Assembly (NCBI GenBank): GCA_003971905.1
Contig: RSEE01000001.1
Coordinates: 1,054,001-1,118,000, forward strand
DNA: 64,000 nt
From: Moniliella sp. 'wahieum'
Taxonomy: Eukaryota
Direction: 5' to 3'
The notes beneath the pieces are model-generated. The model saw only the letters and a list, made by a program, of their open reading frames with translations, was not told the origin of the DNA and did not search any database. This document shows, piece after piece, positions 13,270 to 23,593 of this stretch (positions are counted from its first letter, which is position 1; each line of letters opens with the position of its first letter). A program made the position numbers and the translations under genes.

Positions 13270-13806
13270 AGGTGGTGGTAAGGAATCCAGCTGGGTGAAT
13301 GTTGGCTTGGCCAAGGACTCTTTCCCACTTTTTCACCCTCAGTTTCATGTTTCAGGCCCTCCAGGGGGGCATCGGCCATCGGTCGACGATCGATGGGATA
13401 TTGATGCCTGCCATTTTTTGCATTGAAATTTCAGGTTACAAGACCGATTTGTAGCCGCACCTACGGCCCACATGTGCAATCCCTCCCATGCCCATGCGAC
13501 CTCCAAAGATTGGGGAGGTTGTAGCGGCGGTACAAGGCGAAACACTCTCCACGTCAAGTGCTCGCACAAGAGCCTGGTACAGTGTCTACGCGGAGCTAAC
13601 ATAGTAATGGCAAGGGAATTTGACTACTTCATGGACCAGTCGTGATGGTGTACATTGGCACAGTTACATGCTACAACGGGGAATGATGGACGTACCTAAT
13701 ATGAGGGGAGCCTTGTAAAGCTCTCGGTATTGATCTGGGCGGGGCTGTCCAAATGAACACAAAAGGGTGGCTGTCAGCAACATGATCTCAACAAAAGAAG
13801 TCGAGA

Positions 13807-13896
13807 AGAATCAGAGAAGTGCCCGGAAAAAATTGGGTTACGGGCCTTTTCGGCAGCAGTTGTACGCAGACCGTCGTGATAGGATCATCATGAAAG
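13807..13896 (-). ncRNA. SNR73: Box C/D snoRNA, snR73 homolog (LSU rRNA guide, yeast Cm2959 site)
   Basis: Box C ATGATGA (13885-13891) and box D CTGA (13811-13814). Guide TCACGACGGTCT (13868-13879) is complementary to conserved LSU AGACCGUCGUGA. D' is degenerate. Confidence 0.8.
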
Positions 13897-14002
13897 GACA
13901 AGAAAGAAATGCTTACCATAGAAACGTTGCGAATGGGTACAGTAAACACGCAGAGGGTGCCATGACTGGTCTGAGAGTGTGGTCAGCACGTCGAGTCCAA
14001 GA

Positions 14003-14108
14003 GCCTTCAGTGAAATGCTCATGAAACAGCCTTGTTGTCCTCAGCAGGTGGTGGCCCCTTGCAGTGGGGCACACCTCGGACGGTAATTCCAAATTGTTAA
14101 TCCTCGCG
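14003..14108 (-). ncRNA. SNR77: Box C/D snoRNA, snR77 homolog (SSU rRNA guide, yeast Um578 site)
   Basis: Guide TGGAATTACCG (14081-14091) is complementary to SSU CGGUAAUUCCA and is followed by T plus D' CCGA, so the +5 rule hits the U of CGGU. C' TGCTGA; D CTGA at 14007-14010; box C degenerate (AGGATTA). Confidence 0.8.
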
Positions 14109-14251
14109 AGGGTGAGGGAATCAGAGGCATTGCTTACCAGCAAGTAAATAATACATGGCGAATGAACGGTATGCAGCTGGGGAAATATGCAGCCGGGGTG
14201 AGCCTGAGAACAAACAGCGTTAGCGTGGTGTCCAAGTGTAAGCACCGAGGA

Positions 14252-14329
14252 AGCGTCAGGACCGAAATGGATCGCGAACCCATCGACCGCGAGACTCTAG
14301 TTTGATAAAGTGGTAAAATCATCCGACAG
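14252..14329 (-). ncRNA. SNR78: Box C/D snoRNA, snR78 homolog (LSU rRNA guide, yeast Um2421 site)
   Basis: Box C-like CGGATGA (14319-14325) and box D CTGA (14256-14259). The 13-nt guide TCAAACTAGAGTC (14293-14305) is complementary to LSU GACUCUAGUUUGA. D' is degenerate. Confidence 0.78.
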
Positions 14330-15030
14330 GAAAGCAACCAGTACACACCTTAGATGGTATGGGTATCTTGAGGGAACAGCCCCTGCTGTGGGGCTGATGC
14401 CCTTCGCAGGGCGCTTAAGTAGGGACAAACGCTGTAGGTGGTTGGTGGCGAACGGAAGAAAAAGGGGTTCAAGAAAAAAAAATTAGCCAGGACGGGAGGG
14501 GCAGCAGAGGGCGGAGTGCATTGCACCGTTACAAATTCCGCCGGTGCGGCCTCCACTGCAATTGTAACCCTACAAAACCGATGTTGCGACCCGTGACGCA
14601 TGATGCATGATCATGCATGCATGCAGCAGAGGCAGGTGGTTGGGATGGATCTGAATGAAATTGGAGCGGCCTTAGGTCTTACGTCAGCGTGGCACGCACC
14701 AGCGATTGCTGATGCGACGATGCGACGATGCGTCGATTGGAAGCCAGGCGGTGGATGCCAGGCGTTTGACGTGGGCGCTGCCTGGGCTGGCAACCCCGAG
14801 CCCGGTCGAGGCCAGTCGGGGGCGTCGGCCAGGCCGCAGGCCATGCCAGCCACACCAGACGCACCAGCACACCCCAGCCACCCCCGGCGGTGCATCTCAG
14901 ACCATCCAGGCTGCTTCGCTTCTGCCCCACACCTTCGCTCTCCCCCCCCCGCCACCACCTCCCTCTCTTTCCCTGCGCGCCGCCGCCCAGGCCGCGCTGC
15001 GGCCCCCACCCCATCCGTGCCCCTGCCGCG

Positions 15031-18000
15031 ATGGTGCGCCCGCGCCTAACGCCCGCCTCTGCTTCTGCTTCTGCGGATACCCCAGCTCCCTCCTCAACCC
15101 GCCCTCATGATGGGCCAGCTGGCTCGGGCAACAAGGGTGTTGGTGCCGTGCACGCCTCCCATGCCCACCTCGCCCTTCCTAATGTCCGATGGAAGCGTAT
15201 CCCTCGGGCTGCCGCGCCTGAGCTAGGGCCAGCTGGTGTGACCGACCAATGTGCGATCGCTTTTGGCTTTAGCAACTCCCTCCTGCCCCCTGCACACCAG
15301 CCACCTGCGCCTCCTGCCCCGGTCGAGTACGATATGGACGAGCAGGACGCCCAATGGCTGCGTCACCAAAACGAAGCCCGAAGCAAGTCCAACTTACCCC
15401 CTGTTTCTCCGGAGGCATTCGAGCTCTTCATGGACCGCTTCGAGCGCGAGTGGACAGTTTTGATGGTATGTTACCCCTACCCTGGTGTGCATGTTAGCAT
15501 GGCTACTAACTCTCTCTTCAGGCCCGTGCTCGCGAACATGTGTCTGGTGTGAATGGCGCCGCCTCCACTACTGGAAATGTGGCTACTTCGTCTATGCCCT
15601 CCCCAATGGGAACACATCCGCTGAAGAGCTGGCAGCTGATAATCCCGATCTTGAGGCTGCCGAAGGAGCCGAACCGGACGAGGACCCATCCCGCTGCGCC
15701 ATCTGTGACGATGGCGAATGCGAGAGTAGCAACCAGATTGTCTACTGCGATGGATGCAATCTTGCCGTGCACCAAGTCTGTTATGGCATCCCCTACATTC
15801 CCGAAGGGCAATGGCACTGTCGTCGCTGTGACTCGGGTAATGGGCGAGTGCTGGAGTGTGGACTGTGTCCCCACAGCGAAATCCCAATCGACCCCCCTGT
15901 GCACCTGCCTATTGCAGTCGGACAAAGGCTTCCCCATCTTCCAATTTCGACCTCACGTCCTGGCCTCGACGCTGCGTTGCGAGAAGCTGCTTCAGAGCAG
16001 ACCCTTCCTGCCCACGCCCTTCCCTCTACAGAGCCGCCAACATCCTTGACTGCTTGGAAACAGACGACGCAAGGTTCCTGGGTTCATCTCTGTGCACTTT
16101 GGATTCCAGAGACAGAGATCGCCCCAGCTCGGCAGCCCTACATGGAGCCGGTTCAGGGTGTTGAGAGGGTGTCACGGGAGCGGCGTGCCTTGACATGCTA
16201 CCTCTGCCGTTCCCCCCTGGCTCGCACCGGAGCAAGACCGCACCCCATCGCATGGCGGGAGCGTGCATTGAGTGCGCCCACCCGCCTTGTTTGTTGGCTT
16301 TCCATGTGACGTGCGCACGCGCCGCAGGTCTACTCACCAAGGTCACTCGTCGCTTTGAGCACGAGGACGAGGACGAAAGCGATGCTTGGAAAGTCTGGTG
16401 TCACCGCCACTGCCCTGCTGGGCATGAGGTGCATGGATCCTATACCGAAGCCGATCGGGAAGCGATCTTCAGCGTTTTGAGATCGGAGCCAGTGATCGTG
16501 CCCGACTTGGCGCTTGCCAAGCGCAGTCGAACCGCATGGGATACACGAGTCCATGCGCGCCACACTCCGGCTCAAGGCACGTTGCAGGTCTTGACCCACA
16601 CGCCTGTAGCGAACGCATACATGATCGATCGCGTGCGGGCCTATGTTGCCCGCATGCCACTTTCGACTGAAGGGTACCGCATCTCTCCTGAAGAGATGAG
16701 GGAGGACAAGTACCGCTTCATCGTTTTGGTGGCCAAGTACTGGGCGCTCAAGCGACAAGCCGGCAGAGGGCGCCTTTGATTCGCAGATTGATTATTGACC
16801 CTGTCGTGCTGGGAGACGCATCACCGCCGTTCCCCCCTCATCCCGAGTTCCCACCTGCTCTGCCCTTGGGCCTTACTCGCAGGAAAGGGCGCAAGATTCT
16901 TCCCCCCGCCGAGCTGTTACGGTGCAAGTGGCAGTACACAAAGCCACAGAGGCGATTGGCCGTGCTCTTTCAGGCGTTCTGTCATCTCAGGAAAATGAGG
17001 TCTGGTCGCGGATCAAGGAACTATCCCAGGGCCCTTTCTCCTCTTTTACCCAGTTCACATTTGCAGTGCAGAGATGCTTGGGTCGCTTGCCACTCACAAC
17101 GCGAGCAGTGGTGGAGACGATCTTGTTGGCCGCCAAGCCATCTCAGCCTAGTTCCCGTGGGACCGTAGCGACAAGAAACTATTGCGCCCAACCAGGCCTA
17201 CCCCTGTCTCGTGAGACACCTCTCACCGCCCCCCGACGACCCTGGATCGAGAGTGACGTCTATTATCGTTTACTTCGCGCGCCTCCCCCTCTTCTTTTGC
17301 CCAACATTCTGCACGATCCCAAGCCGGCCACACAGCACACAGAGTCCGGCCTAACAGTTGCAAATGAGCCGTCCACAACCGCGCATGTAATGGCAGCCGC
17401 GGCAACGCTCGCGTTGCCATTGGGCCCGGTGCGAGCCCCTATCAGGAGTCTGACATTGAGGGGCAACCTGACATTGAGGATGAAGCTGACATTGAGGGAG
17501 GAGCTGGTATTGCGGAGCAAGCTGACATTGAGGGGCACCTGGCATTGAGGGGCAACCTGGCATTGAGGGGCAACCTGGCATTGAGGGACAACCTGGCATT
17601 GAGGGGGAGGCGGACATTGAGGAGGAGGTGGACATCGAGGGGGAGGTGGACATTGAGGGGGAAGCTGGCATTGAGGAGGGGGCTGGCATTGAGGGTGAAG
17701 CCCGTCCTGAGGAAGCCCCTCATACTCGGGGATTAACCAATGTCGAAGATGAAGTTCATGTTGGGGACGCCGCCGGGATGCTGCTACTCTGCTGCTGTTG
17801 CCCCGGCTGCTACTTTTGCGGAAGCTGAAGCGGATGCCGATGCCGATGTGGAAGAGGATGCTGATGCCAATGCGGAAGCGGATGCTGAGTCCAATGCGAA
17901 AGCGGAGGCCGATGCGGCAGCGGCAGCGGGTGCGGCAGCGGATGCGGACGCGGAAGGGACGCGGATGCGGACGCGGATGCGGATGCGGCGGATGCGGATG

Positions 18001-19550
18001 CGGATGCGGATGCCGACGCCGATGCGGATGCGGATGCCGATGCTGAAGGTGAAGCTGAGGGCGACGACTGGTACGAGGTGCCACAACAGACCGTCCCCTA
18101 TATCTTCAATGAGGCACCCGTCGGCGATGCACATTTCGCCACGGACACCAGACCCGGTGGCCGAGGTGACATGCCTGGCTTCAACACATCGACACAGGTC
18201 AACCCTGGTCCCTATCTGGAGACACCGGCGCACCCGCCACCGATACCGCCATCGTCATCATCGCAACACTTTCTTCAACAGTCTCCTGAACGCACACCTT
18301 TCCATCAGCAGCAGCTTTTCCAGCCTGGCAACTCTGTGCCATCCTATGCTGTTCCAGTGTGCAGCGTGGGTTCCGAACTCGCGCCCTTAGTAGCCTCATC
18401 TCTTCAGCCGGCACAAATGGAGTTCCTGCGTACATCATGACACACGCGCACCGGACTGGAGGATCGCGAGCCCCAGTGCTGGGTCGAACAGCAACATCGC
18501 AGGCACCCTTCCCCGCCGCCTTGGATCAGAGCCAGGTGCGGTGCATTCAGGCGAATTTCGTCTCCCCACCGTGGGAAATGATGTACTGGCACCATTCGAT
18601 TTTGCTCCATCATCTGCTTCTCCCATTCCCGAAGTGGGTGTATTATCCTCTCAGTCTTACTCGCTATCCGCCTCACAACAGGTCCATGTCCCTCACACCG
18701 CGTTCGTTACTCGCTTTCCTTTCCCGCCCCTCTCCCAACCCGGTACTTTCAGCTGTATGCCCAGCGCCGAACATTCTGGCGCCAACTCGCCTCTTTTTCA
18801 TGACGGAGCAAACACTATGGAAAGAAGTCACCCTGTTGGGACATGACTATGGGTTCAGCCCTTCCTGCACCCGTCAAGTTTCCGTCCAGAAGACGGACGC
18901 AGCCGGACTTCCTCCCCATGGCAGAGACGGAGGGAGGGGGAAGGCTTTAGGGACGAGCTGGCGCCCAGATGCGATGGGTCCGTTTTCGCACAGACCCTGA
19001 TCGCCAAACTGCCAGCCACGCGCCCAACGGTACGCCAGCGGATGGACCTCTGGATCAAGCGACTACGCCTTTCTCCCTTCCCCCCTGGCAGTCCGACATG
19101 TATGGCGAAAGGAACGCCATCGGTCCAGTAGAAGACACAGATCCACCATTTCCAATTACGGTCCCGCCTCCCCCAATCCGCAAAACCTATTCCCGTCGTC
19201 GATCGTCCCATCTTGCCAGAGGAGAAGAGGCAGAAGAGATTACTTCGCCTCAAAATCGGGGGCCATCTCCAAGGAAAAGAGCTCGACACTCGTCTCCAGC
19301 GGCAGAGCTGGATAAGCCACTCACAACCGAGGAGCAGGCTCCACTCTTTGCTCCCACTCATGTGACTTCTTCCACCAGTGGTAGCAACCATTCCAGCCGA
19401 TTGGGGCGGCACAAACGAGGTACGACGAAAGCATCGACCGCCAGTCGTGCAACTATCACTCAGGGCAAAATGTCGCCCGCGTCTACTTCCACACAAATGC
19501 CACACCCAGGGGCGCGAGGGACGACGACCTCCCCCCTCCCTAAGGTCTAA
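15031..19550 (+). CDS. NTO1: NuA3 HAT scaffold Nto1/BRPF-like protein (EPL1 + PHD-Zn knuckle-PHD) with a long low-complexity C-terminus; intron(s), frameshifted
   Basis: 'VEYDMDEQDAQWL', 'FELFMDRFEREW', PHD 'CAICDDGECESSNQIVYCDGCNLAVHQVCYGIPYIPEGQWHCRRC', 'WVH(L)CALWIPE', 'GACIEC..C..AFHVTCARAAGL', 'KYWALKRQA'. Confidence 0.85.
17449..17700 (+). repeat. 18-bp coding minisatellite, ~14 units (CTG[AG]CATTGAGGGGCAAC-like; (A/P)(D/G)IEG(E/Q) hexapeptide)
   Basis: Visible tandem units, each containing CATTGAGG or a close variant at ~18-nt spacing. Confidence 0.85.
17830..18045 (+). repeat. (GATGCG)n-type hexanucleotide repeat encoding Asp-Ala/Glu-Ala tracts
   Basis: Direct inspection: gcggatgcggacgcggatgcggatgcgg... 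Confidence 0.85.
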
Positions 19551-20015
19551 CACGGAAGCAGAGTTGGCGCGGCCCCACTCCCAACGTATGGGATAACTTC
19601 AATAACTAGTACCCGCAGTAATCGTAATTTCTCCCACATGTTGTGTTTAGCTCTGAAGACGTAGCAGCGATTGTAGACGTCTTCTTTTGGTAGTGACGTT
19701 TGGCCTTCAAAACGATGTCCGTTTTCTCTTGGCCTGAACTTCACCACTCCCACATCAGCACCAGCACACAAACCCTTAACCACGCCCTACAGATGTCCGA
19801 GAACAACACACCACTTTGGCTCCTATTACGGTGCGAACGGGGCGGCATCGAACAAGACAGTATAGCGTGCGGCATGCATTTGATTTCCTTGAGATGAGCC
19901 CACCTGGCTGGGGGCGGTGCCGTTGTCAAGGATTACGGCGAGACAGAAATACGAATGGAAGAAGGCGTCTGAAACAGGCGTGAGGGCGGGGGGGGGGGCT
20001 GAGACGGGATGTTAC

Positions 20016-21407
20016 TCAGTACACTTGGTTGTACTGGGGAAAAGCGACCAAGGCCTCGTCCAGAAGGATCGAGTTGAGCAGGCCAGCAAGACGAACTCCT
20101 GACTTGGCCAATTGCATCTGGATCACCTTGTCGGCATTAATGTGGTCGAGGTACTCCCCGCCCAATTCAGGCAACGGCGGTAGGGGAGGCTGCGGTTGAC
20201 CAGGATTGGGGCTGGGACGACGACGACGACGACGACGACGACGTTCTAGATCCACCTCGTCATGGTGGCACCCATACTCCTCCTCTTCCTCGTCCGGTTG
20301 AACGAGAGCGTCAAGTTCCGCCTCCTCCTCCTCGCTCCGTGCGTCGGCTAAGCTGACAGCTTCCGGGACCGGATCAGCAAAGCCATACTTGCATACCAGA
20401 GGGTGGGACTCCCATGTCCAACCCAATGCGCAGATCGTGTCTTCGGCATCCCCCACGGCCCAGTGGGGCGAAAGAACAATCTGCTTTTCCGGTCGTGCCG
20501 CTGGCGTGATCGGGGGCAACGGGCAGGAAATCCACGCATCTTGTTGTTTCGAGTCCCACCAGGCCGGCGGGTCGGGCTGCCCCACCAGTGCCGGCTGCCC
20601 CAGACCTTCATGCAATACCCAGCGCACGTAGGCATCGTACGTGCTCCCCCGTAAGGCAGACTCGATTCGGGCCGAACGGAGCGGGGCAGTGTAGTTGCCC
20701 AAGGACCGCATTTGCGAAAGCAAAATCTGGCTGTCCCAGACCGAATGCAGGCGCGCCTTGCGCCCTTCAAACTGGACCCAGATATCGTTCCCGCCGCGTG
20801 CGCGTCCAGTAAGGTGGAACGGCTGGCTCATGTCGCCAACCAGGTGGGTGACCATACGTAGGGCAAAGTCGCGGGTGGCGGGGAAGGGGACCGAGGGAGG
20901 CGTCTCGCCTGGGGGAGAGGGGGATGGCGAGGTGGGATCGGCGAGAATGGAGGTATAGTTGTACAGGGCGGTGACAACGTTGCGTGGATTGACAAATCCG
21001 TGTTCTCCATACTCGCAGTGAGCCGGTGGCGCATCCAGCGTCGGATTGATGTAGTGCAACGACGACGACCAGGGAGCCCAGCGGTGGATCGTGTCGGGCC
21101 AGGGGGACAGGGGTGCCAAGTGGCAGCTGGCACGGAGGAGGCAGACGGCGTCAGTAGCTGTGGAGACGGGGGCGGTGTGGGAGGGGGGGACGCACTGCTT
21201 GTGAGGAGCACCGCGGGCCGGGTACTGGCTCTCATACGCGGTGAAGGCAGGGAGGATGGTGCAGAGATACGCGCGGACGGCGGGGTGGAGCTGCGTCTGG
21301 GCGATGGTGCCGACGATCATGTGGCCATCGCGGCCCCACGCCCAGGCAGGCGTGGCCACGCCGGAGACCCATGCTGCTGCGAGCAGCGCGCAAGAAATCC
21401 ACCGCAT
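20016..21407 (-). CDS. Secreted S1/P1 nuclease; in-frame 69-nt intron at 21127-21195
   Basis: Signal peptide, then 'WGRDGH', 'PWPD', 'LHY', 'THLVGDMSQPFH', 'GGN', 'LHSVWD' and 'QLAKSGVRLAGLLN', which include the Zn-ligand motifs of S1/P1 nucleases. Confidence 0.92.
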   Translation of the reverse strand: MRWISCALLAAAWVSGVATPAWAWGRDGHMIVGTIAQTQLHPAVRAYLCTILPAFTAYESQYPARGAPHKQCVPPSHTAPVSTATDAVCLLRASCHLAPLSPWPDTIHRWAPWSSSLHYINPTLDAPPAHCEYGEHGFVNPRNVVTALYNYTSILADPTSPSPSPPGETPPSVPFPATRDFALRMVTHLVGDMSQPFHLTGRARGGNDIWVQFEGRKARLHSVWDSQILLSQMRSLGNYTAPLRSARIESALRGSTYDAYVRWVLHEGLGQPALVGQPDPPAWWDSKQQDAWISCPLPPITPAARPEKQIVLSPHWAVGDAEDTICALGWTWESHPLVCKYGFADPVPEAVSLADARSEEEEAELDALVQPDEEEEEYGCHHDEVDLERRRRRRRRRPSPNPGQPQPPLPPLPELGGEYLDHINADKVIQMQLAKSGVRLAGLLNSILLDEALVAFPQYNQVY

Positions 21408-21902
21408 GCTTCGACGGGATGGAGGGGGGCGGCAAGGAGCGGCCGTGGGATGGAGATGGGGAAGGCAGTGGCTGGGAGATGCACACAGGCCCAAGGCGGG
21501 GCACCGGTGTGGGACTGCCCCTGTGCCGGCTGCGTGCGGGACTGGGAGGTTATCGAATGGATTATCAGTTGCCACATAGAATGTTGAATGTTCAACGTTT
21601 CAGCGTGCAGCCCTTGAACCCGATACGCTGCGCAGAGTGCACGGACCGTCGCTGCGGTGCGGTGGCATTGCGTTGATGCCGTTGAAGTTGTGCTGCCAGA
21701 CTGGCCCACGGTCCTGCTGCTGCTCACTGGAATATGGGATGCGGCAGGCCTAGCCTCGTCTCGCCTACTGAGGGCGTTATAGCTGCCTCGCCAGAAACGG
21801 TCTGAGATGATCTTGTGGAAGAGCCACCACGTAAAATAGGGATATTTTCATGCGGCTCCATAGTCTTGGGTGGGGGAAAGGGGGGAGGGGTTGGCCCAAT
21901 TG

Positions 21903-22117
21903 CGGGTGGCTCGCGTGTTTTGGCTAGCGCCCCTTCTGTCCCTCCTCCCAGGCCTAGGAGTTCTGTTGTTATCTCGCTTGTGTTCCTTGTTTTCCGCCGC
22001 CTACTATAGCCCCTGGTGGCAACTGCCTGATGTCCCTCCGTATGTGTTGCCGGTAGGCTTAGACCACTACCACCACTAGTGCAATCGCATCACCCAGGAG
22101 GGCCATCTGGACACCAG
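21903..22117 (+). repeat. Dispersed ~200-bp diverged repeat, copy A
   Basis: Collinear similarity to 47522-47722, with shared blocks CGGGTGGCTCG, TAGCCCCTGGTGGC, GGCTTAGACCAC and GCATCACCC. Confidence 0.75.
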
Positions 22118-23593
22118 CTCTCATCGGCAGGGCCCCGGGGGCGGTAACTGCACAATGAGAACTTCAGAGCTCAAAACGTTTATAACGGATGTGCCCTGGT
22201 TGTGTGGAACTCTGGGTGGAATCATGTCGCCGAAGACATCTCGGGATACGTGACCACATTCAGGGTCAGGCAGATTCATCTCTCCAATCAAGGTGTGGGT
22301 GCGGCCTGGACCTAAAAACGCCCGGGACTGCGAGGTCCAAGCGAAAGGCAACCACGTGTTGTTATTGGTGTTTCCCATTTTCTCTCATTTTTTGGACCCA
22401 GGTGGGGTGAACGAAGGCACGCTGTGCATCGATGACCGAGGGGGGCAGCAGGTAGCTTGAACGCACCTAGAGGCAGAGCAAGGGAGCGTCCCCCAAAAAG
22501 CCGGTCTCAAGGAATGCGATCTACCTTAGACATCAGGCTGGTTCGCTACCATGATGGAAGGGAGCACAGCAAGGTGGGGGGCTCGATGGAGTAGTGTCTG
22601 TTGGGACACGGTTGATGCAGGCAACATGCCCCAGAGAGCCAGACGACCTGATGGGGGCGGTCGATGAGGTGGCGAGGCTGATAGGCGCAAAGCGGGCAGG
22701 CGGCGTGCCTCGGCTTGGCTGGCACGGGCGCAGGCGGGCACTGGGCATCGGATGAGGACTCGGGTTGAGTAGTCAGATGGAGACTGGCCGAGTGAGTGCG
22801 ATTGGGACGGGTTGTGCGGCAGGGGCTGGTTATCTACAGCGGCTGCTGCATGATTAATGATTGCATGCTGCATGCTACCCCCGACTGCTGGGCGGCAGAT
22901 GCGCGCTGCGCGCTGCTCTCTCGCTTAGCTCCGGGCCGCAAGCTGCGGTGGGCGCTGGGCGTTGGCGCTTGGCGCTTCGCCGGGCAGCTGCGTCACCGTC
23001 AGGCCGCGTCAGGCGTCAGGCGCGTCAGGAGCCGGCAGTTCGTCAGCGCAGCCGCCACGCGTGACCTCACCGCTCCGCCCGAGCCCGCGCACCAACCACC
23101 TGGCCGCGCCCACCGCCCCACCGCCCCACCCCCCCCCCCGCTGCTCCCCTCCGCCCACCGTCTACACCGCCCGCCCCCCCGCCCCCACTAGGGTTGCCCC
23201 CCCCCCCGCCCCCCTGCCCCGCCGCACACACCCGCCACCAGCAGTGGCGCCGTGTGGCCCTCCTGCGCCCGCTGCTCCCCCACTGCCTCCGCGCCGCCCC
23301 CTGCTTGGCGCTGCGCACACCACGTCACACCCGCCTACTGCCCAGCCGGCTCTCTGAGACACACCTGCCTCGCTGCCACCCCCCCGAGTCGCTGGCGCCA
23401 TGCCCCCCGCCCTTCAACGTCGCAGCCCCCGCCAGCGGCCGTCGGTGAGCAACAGCGCCGCCGCCCGCTTCTCCCGACCACCACCCCCCGTCGCGAGCCC
23501 CTCCCGCTCGCCCTGCCTTGCCTCTCCCGCCTGCCTTCCTCTCCGCCCCCTCCCCCACCCCCCCTCCTCTATCTCTTCTCTCATCACTGCACT

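Larger units (their letters stand above)
13696..14400 (-). ncRNA. Spliced non-coding snoRNA host transcript (snR78-snR72-type cluster); ends approximate
   Basis: Introns 14204-14348 (GTGTGT..GCTAAC..CAG), 13971-14137 (GTAAGC..GCTGAC..CAG) and 13745-13916 (GTAAGC..GCTGAC..CAG), with a 4th donor GTACGT at 13695. Exons of 49-66 nt encode no recognisable protein. Each complete intron holds one C/D snoRNA. Confidence 0.75.

Noticed and set aside
13383..13394. TCGACGATCGAT as an snR72-type guide
   Set aside because: The complementarity is on the wrong strand for the host transcript, the sequence is near-palindromic, and there are no flanking C/D boxes.
17263..18233. Long antisense/alternative ORFs with PQCQ, HPHP or RMRM repeats
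   Set aside because: These are shadow frames of the 18-bp and 6-bp repeats in the NTO1 coding region.
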